Source: Glaucostegus cemiculus
Lineage: Eukaryota
Reading direction: 5' to 3'
Assembly (NCBI GenBank): GCA_976551045.1
Contig: CDPCPM010000076.1
Coordinates: 372,001-436,000, forward strand
Length of the DNA stretch: 64,000 nucleotides
Within the stretch, counting starts at the first letter, position 1, and every line of letters starts with the position of its first letter. A program made the translations under genes and the position numbers. This document shows, piece after piece, positions 37,201 to 49,230 of this stretch. The notes below the pieces were generated by a model. That model saw only the letters and a program-made list of their open reading frames with translations. It did not search any database and was not told where the DNA came from.

Positions 37201-40200
37201 TTAAGAACACTTACGGGATGTTAGCTTTCTTAAGTCAAGAGATCGAGTTTTAGAGCTGCAAGGTAATGATGCAGCTCTACAAAACTCTGGTTAGACCACA
37301 CTTAGAGTACCGTTTCCAGTTCTGGCCGCCTCATTATAGGAAGGATGTGGAAGCATTGGAAAGGGTGCAGAGAAGACTTACCAGGATGTTGCCTGGTTTA
37401 GGGAGTATGCATTATGAGGAGAGACTAAGGGAGCTAGGGCTTTACTCATTGGAGAGAAGGAGGATGAGAGGGACATGATAGAGGTGTACAAAATATTAAG
37501 AAGAATAGATAGTGGACAGCCAGCACCTCTTCCCAGGGCACCAATGCTCAATACAAGAGGGCATGGCTTTAAAGTAATGGGTGGGAAGTTCAAGGAAGAT
37601 ATCAAAGGAAGGTTTTTTTTAAACCCAGAGAGTGGCTGGGCATGGAATGCGCTGCCTGGGGCAGTGGTGGAGGCAGGTACATTGGTCAAATTCAAGAGAT
37701 TATTAGATAAGCATATGGAGGAATTTAAAATAGAGGGGGTTAAATAATCTTAGGTGAGGTTTAAAGTTTGGCACAACATTGTAGGCTGAAGGGCCTGTAT
37801 TGTGCTGTACTGTTCTATGATGATTCTATGATACTTGTTTGCAAATGTAACACCCAGAGTACCAATCCTTCCATGGAAATACATTGGGCAGCTTTGCAAA
37901 GAGAGGCTTTCCAAAGTAAAATAATGCTTTCTAAAGCACATTAACATATGATCATATCCCAGGAGAGGAGATGTAAAAATATAAATAATATTCATTTAAA
38001 CTATACTAAAATTGACAAAGAAATGACCATTTGATACTTCTGAAAATGCACAATGGCAAGTGACTTGATGGATGCAAATTGTGCAAAACAAATGAGATGC
38101 TATCAATAATAGTTAAAAGTACTATACCTTTGCTGTCAATAAAAACATAACCATCAAATTGATCCCTGAAGAGCACAATATCTTCTTGGTTTTTGAAGTT
38201 TATGTATGCTCTAGAAAATATGTGGGGAAACAAACTGTAGAGAGAAAAAGAGATTTTATGTAAAAAGTAATTTGAAAAGGTGCATTTGACGCATATTGTT
38301 TTGTGGAAACAACTGGACAGTGCTGGGGCCCTAGCATATCATATTAGGCTTCCCCTTTTCCTATCTTCAGTCCTGAAGAAGGGTCCTGACCCGAAACGTT
38401 GACCACCTGCTTATCTCCATGGATGCTGCCTGGCCTGCTGAGTTCCTCCAGCATCATCGTATTTTTCATCTAGATTCCAACATCTGCAGTCCTTTGATCC
38501 AACTCATTGATATTTAATATGAGAGAAACAATCATAATATACCTACGCTTGCTGATAATATAAAGCTACAGGACAGTGTGGGTTGTGAGGAAAATGCATG
38601 AGTCTTCATGGGGTTAGAGACAGGTTAAGCAAATGGTCAGATGAGTTATAATGTGTAAAAATGCAAAACCTCTACTTTACTAAGGAAAAAAAAGAGGTGC
38701 GGTATTATTTTAAATTGCAAGAGATTGAAAAGTGCCACTATTTAGAAGGGCCTTCTTCAACACAAATCACTGAAGGTGAGCAATTAGGAAGGCTAGTGAT
38801 ATGCTGGCCTATATTGCAAGAGGATTTGAACACAAGAGCAGATATGTCCTGCTCCAATTATACAAGGCCTGGTGAGACCACATCTGCAATATTGCGTATA
38901 GTTCTGGTCATCCTACCGAAGTATATACCTACGATAGGAGGAGTGCAGTGAAGGTTCACCAGTGATATCTAGGGAGCACATTTGAAATATGATGAGAGAT
39001 TAAGCAAACTGGGCCTGTAGGAGTTCAGAAGAAAGAGAGGTGATCTCACTGAAATGTAGACAATCCTAATTAGGCTTTACTGGGTAGATGATGCTTCCCA
39101 CACCTGGGATGTCTGGAACCAAGGGTCAGAGTCTCAATACAAGGGGATGGCCATACAGATCAGACAAGAGGAAATTTCTTCATTCACAATGTAGCGAACC
39201 TGTGGAAATCTTTACAAGGCTGTAAAGACTCAGTCACCAAGCACATCAGAGGAAAGTCAATAGAATTTTAGATATCAAGGTAAGAGGATATGAAGTCAGT
39301 ACAGGAAAATGGTACGTAAACCTATAGAATGAAGAGCTGACACAAAGAGCCAAGCAGCCTCATGTTGTTATGTTTAAAAACCTCAGTACTTATGATTTCA
39401 ATATTCTGTAAAGCAAGAAAATCTTCTTCATTAAAGCCAGCCAAATTTTATACATTTATGATTTGTAAATTCAACTCCAACTTAGAAACGTGTGCTTCAG
39501 GACTAAACATAAAATTCTGTGACTTAGAGACTGCTACTATTACCAATTGTTAAAAAGTAGTATTTGTTGGAGTTTCCCTAACAGGTCAAAGTGACTCATA
39601 ATACGCTTCATGAAATGCAGATTATTTAGGTAAATCCCAGTCATGGAGATCATCAAACATGCCTCAAGATGATAATCCAGCAATGGCTGTTCATAAATCA
39701 AGTTGATTGTCGCAAAGTTCTGTATTCCTATTCAAAGCACTATTGCAGTTGAGAACTGCTTATGTTACATGTTGCAAGAGCCAAAAAAAAAGGATCATTC
39801 TCAGTCAGTACTAGATCCAATTATCAGCATGATACACTGTTCAGAGATCTTTGCTTAAGATTGCCGTTGGGTTAGGTCTGAGATGAATACAGTAATCTAA
39901 AAGATTTCATTCCACACTTAAAACAAGATTTGACTTCAGAGATATGCTGTTAATTATGCCAGTGGGATCCCAAAATTGCTCAGCAATCTATCAGGGTTTA
40001 CAATCAATGAGAAAATCTAACTGTTTTGTTGCATAATTAAATTGTGTCTCCAGACATTGAATGTAGCACTACAACATTTGCACTTGACTAAGTCACAGGA
40101 AGTCATGTAGGTGTGAAAAAAAATATAGATACTGGAAATCTCAAATAACAGAAAGAAACTGGAGACACTTAGCAGATTGAGATACATCTACAGAAAGAGA

Positions 40201-43200
40201 AACAGTTAACATTTCAGGTGAAGGAATGGTCAGCATTTCTAGTTCTTATGACCATAGCAGGTCAACCCATTAACACAAACAAGATTTTAAGAACAGGCAC
40301 CTGACTTAATGCGTGGTAAGGCAGCCACTGTCTATTTAAAATAAAAAAATTTGATGCAATTCTGTAAATATTAACCACTCACCTTGAATTGGTAGAAAAA
40401 AACTCAAAGTAATCATGTTCAGGTAATGGGGCAAGTTGCTCCTCCAATTGTTCTTTTGTCAAACTAGGGGGTAAACGGCGGATCACCACCTAATTGGAAA
40501 GGAGAATTAAAAATCAGTTATTTACCTACAACTTAGTTTGTTACTGCAATTTATAAAATAGTTTTCAATTCAGGAACAGGTCACTCAAATCAGATAACCA
40601 CTGTGCTCTTCCATTTTCAAGCAACTAAATCTTTCAATCACAAAACCAAGTATCCAAATGTCTGTTCTACAACAGATGATCTGAAGGCCCTGTTCCAGTT
40701 AGTCAGAGGATACTCAGTGGATCACTGGCCATCTTTGATGACATAAAATAGTCGAAGTTACCATCAGGCTCAGTTAAACACAGCAAAATCTCTCTTAAAA
40801 TAGTTTTTAATTTAAACAGCAAATGCTAACAATATTGTGTCAGTACTACTGGGCAAATATAAAGCAGTTGGAGACTCAGCCAAAGTACAGATTAAATCAG
40901 CATTAGGAGGCCCTTCTTGTTGACATAAAATAGATTTCTTACACCAATTATGAGTTTGATGCAATCTTTAGAATTAAATGTTTCTAATTAATCCAAGAGA
41001 TACAGGCTTCCCAAAAGCAGCTGGAATTGTACAGTGACAGCATCACAGCTTTAGTGTTGAAAACATGGGTTTAATTTACAAAGCTCAACATGGAACTAGT
41101 GAATACAATTCTATAGAGGCACAGCACAAGGCATTTCCATTTTATTGTGTGGGATAAATATATCACAATACAATTCAGTGTTACTGAGGGTAATAAATGG
41201 CTATGGGTGCCCAGGTATCAGTGTTTGCATTCCAGCTATGTCAATGATTTACATGGGGAAACTAAATATAACATCTTTAAATTTACAGATGACACAGATC
41301 TGGAGTGTGGCGAGGGAAAAAGTAGGAGATGAGTGGAGAAAGCAAAGAGGTACCAATGTGATTTAGACAACCTTGGCACGAGTGACATGGTAGTTTAACA
41401 GTTAGCGTAACACTTTTACAGCACCAGCGATCAGGGTTCAATTCTCACCACTGTCTGTAAGGAGTTTGTACTTTCTCCCTGTATCTGCATGGGATTCCTC
41501 CAGATGCTCTGGTTTCCTCCCACATTCCAAAGACGCACGGGTTAGTAGGTTAATGTGGGTGTAATTGGGCGGTGTGGGCTCATTGGGCCGGAAGGGCCTG
41601 TTATCGTGCTATATAAATAAAGCTTTAAAGTGGGTAAATGCATGTCAGATGGACAAAAAGGAGGATATCCACTTTGGTTCTAGAAAGACAGATTCTTATC
41701 CAATTGTTAGCAGGTTGGGGAAAGCGAAGGTGTAATGAGACCAGAGTCTCCATTCAGATGCAGTAAACAGTCAGGAAGACAAATAGGACTCTGAACTTTG
41801 TTGATAGAGGATTTGAGTAGAGGAGGAAGGTTGTTTTGCTGAGACTCCATCTGGAATCCCCTTATCCTTGGAAAAGACAAACATTTACTATTGATTCTCA
41901 GAATGCAGAACTGGCATATAATAAGAGATTGGGTAGGTTAGATATACATTCACTGGAGTAGAAAATATAAGGGATCCCATATAGACTTATAAAATTCTAA
42001 CAGGACTAGATACAAGGAGAGCATTTCCAATGCCTGGGGAGTCCAGAACAAGGGCTCACAACCTCAGGATTCAGGAACGGCTTCTTCCCCTCAGCCATCA
42101 GATTTCTGAACGATCCATGTACACTACCTCATTATTTCTTTTTTTTTTGCACTATTTTTGTAAAATTATAGATTTTTGTCTTTGCACTGTACTGCTGCCA
42201 CAAAACAACAAATTTCACACCATATGTCAGTGATAATAAACCTGATTCCGATAATATAGGGTATGCCAACAGAACCAAGATCAGAAGAAATGCCTTCATC
42301 CAGAGGCTGGCAAATCTGTGGAGTTCTGCACCACTGAAAGCAGTGGAGTCCAAGTTATTAGATACAATCTAGATGGAGATAAACACATTTCTCAACAAGT
42401 GGATCAAGCGATGCAGGAAGAAAGCAGAAAAGTGGATGATTAAGCATGACTGTTGTATGGTGAAGGCCTAAAGGGTCGAAGAGCCTGCTCCCACCCCTAT
42501 TTTCTGTTTTCCCCAAGGTTAAGCATCCAGCCTGGACTGGATGTGAGCAAACACCCAGCCACAGTACAGACAGCAAGTAGTGTTGGGGAGGGGGGTGGGG
42601 AGCCGTGTGTGTGTAAACACCCAGCCACGGCACAGTGAGAGCAGTGCAGGGGGTATGGTGGGGGGGGTGAAACCCCAGCCACAGCTCAGTGTGAACAGTG
42701 CAGGGGGTGTGGTGAGGGGGGTGAACCCCCAGCCACAGCTCAGTGTGAACAGTGCAGGGGGTGTGGTGGGGGTGTGTGGTGGGGGGGTGAACCCCCAGCC
42801 ACAGCTCAGTGTGAGCAGTGGTGGGGGTGTGTGGTGGGGGGGTGAACCCCCAGCCACAGCTCAGTGTGAGCAGTGGTGGGGGTGTGTGGTGGGGGGGTGA
42901 ACCCCCAGCCACAGCTCAGTGTGAGCAGTGGTAGGGGTGTGTGGTGGGGGGGTGAATCCCCAGCCACAGCTCAGTGTGAGCAGTGCAGGGGGTGTGGTGG
43001 GGGGGGGTGAACCCCCAGCCACAGCTCAGTGTGAGCAGTGGTAGGGGTGTGTGGTGGGGGGGTGAACCCCCAGCCACAGCTCAGTGTGAGCAGTGCAGGG
43101 GGTGTGGTGGGGGGGGTGAACCCCCAGCCACAGCTCAGTGTGAGCAGTGCTGGGGGTGTGTGGTGGGGGGGGTGAACCCCCAGCCACAGCTCAGTGTGAG

Positions 43201-43754
43201 CAGTGCTGGGGGGGTGTGGTGGGGGGGGGGTGAACCTCCAGCCACAGCTCAGTGTGAGCAGTGGTGGGTGTGTGGTGGGGGGGTGAACCCCCAGCCACAG
43301 CTCAGTGTGAGCAGTGCAGGGGGTGTGGTGGGGGGGTGAACCCCCAGCCACAGCTCAGTGTGAGCAGTGCAGGGGGTGTGGTGGGGGGTGTGTGTGGTGG
43401 GGGGGTGAACCTCCAGCCACAGCTCAGTGTGAGCAGTGCTGGGGGTGTGTGGTGGGGGTGGGGGTGAACCCCCAGCCACAGCTCAGTGTGAGCAGTGCAG
43501 GGGGTGTGGTGGGTGGGGGGGTGAACCCCCAGCCACAGCTCAGTGTGAGCAGCCACACCACGGGCGCTGCTCCCACACCGTGTGGGGGCGAACCCCGGCC
43601 ACCGAGGGGACTCTGCCCCACCGAGGGCCGCTGCTGCACAAACCTTGGTCAGAGCCTCCTTCTTCTCCTTCTTCTCGGGCCTCTCCGCCCGCTCCTCGTA
43701 TTTAGCCTCCGCTTTCTTGTCCCTGGGCTTGGCGTTCTCCTTGTCCTCCTTCAT
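28260..43754 (-). CDS. UPF3B: Regulator of nonsense transcripts 3B (UPF3B), 10 coding exons, about 465 aa if a 1-nt insertion in exon 7 is removed
   Basis: GT-AG exons: 43754-43644 (MKEDKEN...EALTK), 40489-40383 (VVIRRLPPSLTKEQL), 38234-38128 (FSRAYINFKNQEDIVLFRDQFDGYVFID), 36634-36536 (QEYPAIVEFAPFQK), 34177-34064 (PEYKKFLE), 33281-33238 (KKTTPLL), 33132-32940 (RIREEKREERRRRE...KDEPKIK; 193 nt, breaks frame), 32854-32700 (LLKKPEKGD), 31960-31657 (...ERIRNK), 28424-28260 (DRPTMQLYQPGAR, EJC-binding motif). All other phases are consistent. Adjacent to NDUFA1 as in human. Confidence 0.95.
28745..29020 (+). mobile_element. V-SINE, alternative-tail subfamily
   Basis: CTATTACAGCGCCAG..GGTTCAA head, V-domain, tail ...TTTCACTGTGTGTTTTGATGTACATGCGACTAATAAAG. 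Confidence 0.8.
29250..29710 (+). mobile_element. Rex1/Babar-like LINE 3' fragment
   Basis: CCATCAGGCAGGAGGTACAGGAGCCTGAAGACCCACA matches the 3' region of the element at 47950-49230. Confidence 0.65.
30625..31030 (-). mobile_element. Penelope-like element terminal (pLTR) remnant
   Basis: Reverse complement of GATGCTGCCTGGCCTGCTGAGTCCCTCCAGCATC and a pyrimidine-rich segment, as in the copy at 60430-60995. Confidence 0.7.
37155..37825 (+). mobile_element. CR1 LINE 3' fragment in UPF3B intron 3
   Basis: ORFs 37266-37478 (LYKTLVRPHLEY...LERVQRR) and 37475-37747 (TRGHGFKV...WNALP), plus tail GGCTGAAGGGCCTGTATTGTGCTGTACTGTTCTATG. Confidence 0.9.
38350..38495 (+). mobile_element. Penelope pLTR remnant
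   Basis: CTGAAGAAGGGTCCTGACCCGAAACGTTGAC...GATGCTGCCTGGCCTGCTGAGTTCCTCCAGCATC, shared with 60905-60995. Confidence 0.75.
38370..38403 (+). ncRNA. Minimal type I hammerhead ribozyme motif (Penelope-associated)
   Basis: Stem I GTC(38370-72)/GAC(38401-03); core CUGAAGA (38373-79) plus one extra A; stem II GGGU-CCUG-ACCC; GAAA (38393-96); loopless palindromic helix III with cleavage triplet GUU (38398-400). Confidence 0.65.
38520..39370 (+). mobile_element. Old CR1 fragment
   Basis: Degenerate GGTGAGACCACATCTGCAATATTG, GGAGTGCAGTGAAGGTTCACCAG and GAACCTGTGGAAATC motifs. Confidence 0.65.
41375..41622 (+). mobile_element. V-SINE with CR1-type tail, nested in an old CR1 (about 41200-42530)
   Basis: GTTAGCGTAACAC..ACAGCACCAGCG..GGTTCAATTC head, V-domain, tail GGGCCGGAAGGGCCTGTTATCGTGCTATATAAATAAA. 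Confidence 0.8.
42548..43555. repeat. Minisatellite in UPF3B intron 1: 16 conserved plus 2 degenerate units of about 51-69 bp
   Basis: Near-invariant core GTGAACCCCCAGCCACAGCTCAGTGTGAGCAGTG separated by variable G/T-rich linkers. Confidence 0.95.
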
Positions 43755-44252
43755 GCCGACCGCGGCCACCTCACGCAGGCCTCTGCCCCCACTCCCCTCC
43801 AACTTCAACCCCGCCGGGGCCCGGGCTCGCCGTCACGTCAGTCACCGCCGCCTCCTGTCCTGATTGGTGGGTACGCGGGAGGGGGGGCGGGATCAATCTT
43901 GGCAAACTGCCGCGAGATCTGAGGCCGGTGGCGCCGATGGGCCCCCCGCGAAGGCAGGGGGGGTGAAGAAACACGCACACACTCCAAACGTTTGGGGACT
44001 TAGGGAAAATGAGGCCGCAGCAAAAGGCAGCGGGCGTCAATTCGGATTAAACCCAGTTTGCTCTCATTACTGCGCATGCTCCATGTACCTTCTGAAGGGG
44101 AAGTCGGCAGCTGTCCTTGGTACGCATGCGCAATGCTTCTCTGGCGCAGAGCCTGTTCTGCGCATGCCCAGCGTCCCCCTTCCCTGCGCATGCCCAGCGT
44201 CCCCCTTCCCTGCGCATGCCCAGTGCAGAGAAGGTCAGCGGGACGGCCGGGG
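43755..44252. promoter_or_regulatory. Bidirectional CpG-island promoter shared by UPF3B and NDUFA1
   Basis: Divergent ATGs 498 bp apart. CRE-like CGTCACGTCA 43831-43840, ATTGG (CCAAT) 43863-43867, GC box GGGGCGGG near 43884-43891, and five NRF1-like CGCATGC-core motifs at about 44071, 44121, 44159, 44185 and 44211. Confidence 0.85.
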
Positions 44253-46622
44253 ATGTGGTACGAGATCCTCCCCGGGCTCGGCCTTATGGCCGTCTGCCTG
44301 ACTATCCCCGGGCTGTCCACCCTCTACATTCACCGGTGGACGAGCGGTGGCAAGGTAACTGTGGCCTTGTGCAGGCGGTGGGAGTGAACGTCAGCGCGCT
44401 GGTGATGAACCGTGAAGCTGCATTTCTGTAGCTTCCTTCAGCACCGCGGGGCCTGCGGCCTTGCAGCTGCGGCTACCGCCGTGCAGCAGGGCTGCGGCTC
44501 TTGTGGTTCATCTCCAGCTGTCCTTGAGGAGACGATGGCGGGGCCGCTGTAAGCTGGGGTGTTCCCATTGTTGGGTAGGGAGCTCCAGGATTCAGACACG
44601 ATGGAGGACTGGGGGATAAATTACCAGGCAATAATATTGTGTGACTGGGAGCTGGATAGGGAGATGCTGTTGGGTAGGGAGTTCCAGGATTCAGACACAA
44701 TGGAGGACTGGGGGATAAGTTTCCAGGCAATAATATTGTGTGACTGGGAGCTGGATAGGGAGTTGCTGTTGGCTAGGGAGTTCCAGGATTCAGACACAAT
44801 GGAGGACTGGGGGATAAGTTTCCAGGCAATAATATTGTGTGACTGGGAGCTGGGTAGGGAGATGCTGTTGGCTAGGGAGTTCCAGGATTCAGACTTAGTG
44901 AAGGACCAGGGGATAAATTTCCAGGCAATAATATTGTGTGACTGGGAGCTGAATCTGCTCTTCGTGGGTGGAGAGATCATTGGGTTAGCCTGGGTGAGTA
45001 ACTGCAGATGGTGCACACTGCAAGCCGGTGGTAGAGGGTGTTTGTGGTGGTTGATGTGGTACTAATCAAACAAACTGCTTTACCCTGGACGGTGTTGCGC
45101 ACCTTTGAGTTGTTAGTGCTAAATTTACTTCCTTACTTCACAGAAGGAGGCCCTGCCTTGAAGTTAATATTAGTTTTCCTTTCTTAAAATGAGAAGATAT
45201 TTTATCAACCCTTTGCATTTAAATATTCCAAACATCTGTTTTTCTTTCAATGGTATTTTAAATGGTGAATTAAAAGAAAGAAAAACATTTGTTTTTCTTT
45301 TAATTCTTTTAATTTCTTACCTCCAGCTCTCAACTTGTCAAAAAAAACCTTTTTTTTAATTAAACTATCAGCATTTGCTACTTTTGGACTCCTATCAAGT
45401 CTCCTTTTCACCTCCAGTCAGGAGAGAATGGCTGAGGCGTCATGTTCTGTGAAATGGACATGTTCTTTATGCAGAATCTAAAGCGAATTAGATAACTGTT
45501 CAAAGCAAATCATAGCACAAAATAATCTAATTATATTCTGCTGACAGAGCTGAGTTACGTCTGCATCTGTTACACTAAAATCATTCAACAAATGCGACAT
45601 AAGATAAAACTTGGTTAACATTAATTTTTGTGGATAACAGACATCCTTAATCCTTTCCTCTGTGGAATGACTTAATTTAGCATAATATCTTTCCATAGAT
45701 CACCTGGGATTGAGAATATCATATTTGTGTAGTCTTCCAGCAAGTAAAATGTGCAGTGCAATCTCCCTCTTTAAAAATAAAAAATTTAAGACAACCCACA
45801 TGGCCCTTTGAGCCTGCTTTATCATTAAGTACCATAGTTGACGTCTCCAACTTGTCCCCATGCACCTTCCTGCCTGATCCCCCAAATCCCTTGTCCAAAA
45901 ACCTGTAGATTTTTGTTTTGAATATACATAATGACTGAGTATCCACAGCCCCCGGGATGGAGACATTTTTCCTGATTTACATTCTAATTGGCCCATCCCT
46001 TATTGGGTCTTTCTCCGCCACTCCCCTCCCAACCAATTATATCTTAAAGTTCCTTTGTTTGGGTTGCCTTACATAATTTTTTCAATAAATTAGGGAGTGA
46101 GTGTATTTTATCCAATCTCAGTGGAAGAATGTATTGAGAAAGTTCAATTCTGGCAACAAAATATGTATATGTTAGCAGTTGTTGTTGTTCTTAAAAAAAT
46201 ATATACTAAAAAGCTTTTTAAATTAGGTTAACTGCAGCATAGTAGATAATGAAAACCCATGACAGTTTTTAAATCAACTTTGGTTAACACATTTCAATGA
46301 TTGTTTATGCTCAGGAAAAAAGGACTGCTCGCTTACCTTATCACTGGACTCTGTTAGAAAGGGACAGAAGAGTATCTGATGGCAAATCTTACTTCAGATC
46401 AAAGGTAAATACTTGGGGAATATCAATGCTGAAATATCTTAACTTGACCTCTAATTGAATCCACTTAAAGTTAATTTTACAATGCAAGTCAAAAAAAGTG
46501 GCAAATTAATTTGGATACTAGAGTTAAATGTTATACATATAAATACATAGATATTTGTATTTATATAAAATATCCTATTTAATTCCTTTGGTTTTTAACA
46601 GGGATTAGAAAATATCGACTGA
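44253..46622 (+). CDS. NDUFA1: NADH dehydrogenase [ubiquinone] 1 alpha subcomplex subunit 1 (MWFE), 70 aa, 3 exons
   Basis: Exons 44253-44354 ([34 protein letters not shown]), 46315-46404 ([30 protein letters not shown]) and 46602-46622 (GLENID*). All GT-AG, phase 0. AATAAA at 47083-47088. Confidence 0.97.
44569..44951. repeat. 99-bp tandem repeat (about 3.9 copies) derived from a LINE 3' region, in NDUFA1 intron 1
   Basis: Period 99 (units near 44572, 44671, 44770, 44869). The minus strand translates to repeated SWNSL(P/A)NS, a LINE ORF2 C-terminal motif. Confidence 0.9.
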
Positions 46623-47949
46623 TGTGGTTTTCATCATGATCAACAAATTTGTGGACCTGCAGGAGGAGCATTACTAAAATGTTAACTTTAATCCTTGTTT
46701 CATAATGTAAACTATATAATTTACCATAAAATGGAAGTTAAAACATGAACTGGATATGTAGTTTGTGTTTTCTATTGCAGATAAGTTTGGAACATGGCCA
46801 GTGGGGAGGAAGAAATGAGCAACTGAGTTAGAACAGGAAAATGCTGAGGGGGCTATTGGTATATTCACTTGAAGGTTTCTACATACCTTGTCAGTTTGAA
46901 TTCTCCTTTTCAGCATTGAAAACATTGCAAATTGTATAGGCACATTGTCAAAGAGAAGTTAAGCCCAGTAAGAGTGAACACAGAATAGAGATCCCTTGTA
47001 CGCTTACATAGTAGAGAAATTTCAGAAAACAACTGCAAAACATACAATGATATACTTCATGCCCATCATGCAATTACTGCAAAATAAAATGATCATAATT
47101 TAGTTGATCTATGGAAATAGTTCATTTTGTTACTAGTATCTATATTTATGTCTGGGAAAAAAAATATGTTGAAGTGTTTAGAAAGGAAGTTCTGCATGGA
47201 TGCTTGTTTTGCACCTGATAAAGCAGTAAAATGTTAAAAATCATAGGAGGCATCTTGGCCATCATATGTTCAGATATTCTGGAGGAAAGGGTGTAAGCAG
47301 GCAAGCAAACTGCACTTTGAAAAGGGATAGAGGGAACATGGTTATACAGACTGAACACTGCTAATTGTTGCATCCCAGTGCAGGATTCAAGTATAAGTAC
47401 GCAGCAGTTTCACTCTCCAAGCTCTGGTTGTTAATCAGTCTTAAGTGGAAGCTCCTCTTTAAAAATAGGTTCTAGGCTTTCCCAATATTTACATAGCTAA
47501 AGGAGCAGGAAGCCTTCCATCCATTGATCAAGTTCCTTGGCTCTATTTTTACTTATCTGTGCCCGGAGACAAAGCAGAGTGAGAGAATTGTTCAGGCTAA
47601 TGAGCTACAAAGGCATGCCTGCTGCTTTGTTTAAATAGTGATTGAATCATGATGGCTGCTGAGCTTGGCTTGGGTCTCAGAGTAATGCACTGGGCAGTTG
47701 CTGTGCTGACTGGACATGCATTTTAAGTGTATGTCTGATTCCTTCACCCAACCCCATGTGTGGATATTGCACAAGGTCAAGCATGCCAAAGATAGTTGCC
47801 CATTGCTCGTCCATGTTACCCAGGAAAATGAATCATCTGCAAGTTAATGCATAATCTGCAGAGTCATAAGCCAGCACAACTTGATGGTTGGGAAAAGATG
47901 CAATAAAAATATATGTGAAATGGAACAAAAGAACAGGTTAAGTCAGAAC

Positions 47950-49230
47950 CTGTTCAAAAGGGCATCAATCATACCAGTGCCCAAGAAGAGCAGGGTGAGC
48001 TGCCTCAATGACTTTCACCTGGTGGCACTCACATCTACTGTCATGGCTAGAATTAGCTGCTGCCTGAGCAAGGACCTGGACCTGCTGCAATTTGCCTACT
48101 TCCACAACAGGTCTGCAGCGGATGCAATCTCACTGGCTCTCCACTTGGCTTTGGGGCACCTAGATAACAGCAAAACATACATCAGGCTGCTGTTTATCGA
48201 TTACAGCGTAGCATTCAACACCATCATCCCCTCAGTACTAATCAGCAAGCTTCAAAACCTGCGCCTCTGTACCTCCCTCTGCGACTGGATACTCGGCTTC
48301 CTTATCAGGAGACCAGAGTCAGTGTGGATTGGTGATAACATCTCCTCCTCGCTGACTATCAACACGGGTGTACCTCAAGGATGTGTGCTTAGCCCACTGC
48401 TCTACTCTCTGTACACTCATGACTGTGGCTAGTCACAGCTCACACGCTATCTATAAATTTGTCAATGACACCTATTGTTGGCAGAATCTCAGATGGTAAT
48501 GAGGAGGTGTACAGGAGTGAGATAGGTTGGGTGGTGTCACAACAACCTTGCACTCAATGACTAAGGAATTGACTGGACATCAGGAAGGGAAGGTTGGGAG
48601 AACACACACCAGTTATCATTGTGGGGTCAGCAGTGGAAGGGATGAGCAGCATCTCATCTCAGGATGTATCTTGGGCCCAACACATGAAGAAGGCACACCA
48701 GTGGCTTTACTTCATTAGGAGTTTGAGGAGATTTGATATGTTACCAAGGATCCTTGCAAATTTCTACAGATGTACAGTGGAGAGCATCCTGACTGGTTGC
48801 ATCACAGCCTGGTTTGGAGGCTCCAATGCGCAGGATCGCAAGAGGATGTAGAGGGTTGTAGTCTTAGCCAGCTCCTTCACAGGTGCAACTCAGCCATCGA
48901 GGACATCTTCAAGAGATGATGCCTCAAGAATGCGGCATTCCTCATTAAGGGACCCCCCACCATCTGGGACATGGCCTCTTCACATTACTACTATTGGGGA
49001 AGAGGTACAGGAGTCTGAAGACCCACACTCAACATTTCAGAAACAGCTTCTTCCCCTTCGCTATCCAATTTCTGACAGTTCATGATCACTACCTCATTAT
49101 TCCTTATTTGCACTAATTATTTATTTTTGTAACTTATAGTAATTTTTATGTCTTGCACTGTTGTAAGACAGAAAAGTTGTAAAAGAGCAAATTTCATGAC
49201 ATATGTCTGATAATAAAACTGATTCTGAAA
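47950..49230 (+). mobile_element. Rex1/Babar-like LINE, degenerate RT fragment to 3' end
   Basis: ORF 47881-48432: [61 protein letters not shown] 48594-48851: FYRCTVESILTGCITAW. Confidence 0.85.

Noticed and set aside
42548-43555. CRISPR-like repeat/spacer appearance, the many repetitive ORFs, and an IRE-like CAGTGT loop
   Set aside because: Linkers are low-complexity variants of one another rather than unique spacers, there are no cas genes, and the context is a vertebrate intron. The CAGTGT is not closed by the 5-bp IRE stem and lies antisense to UPF3B.
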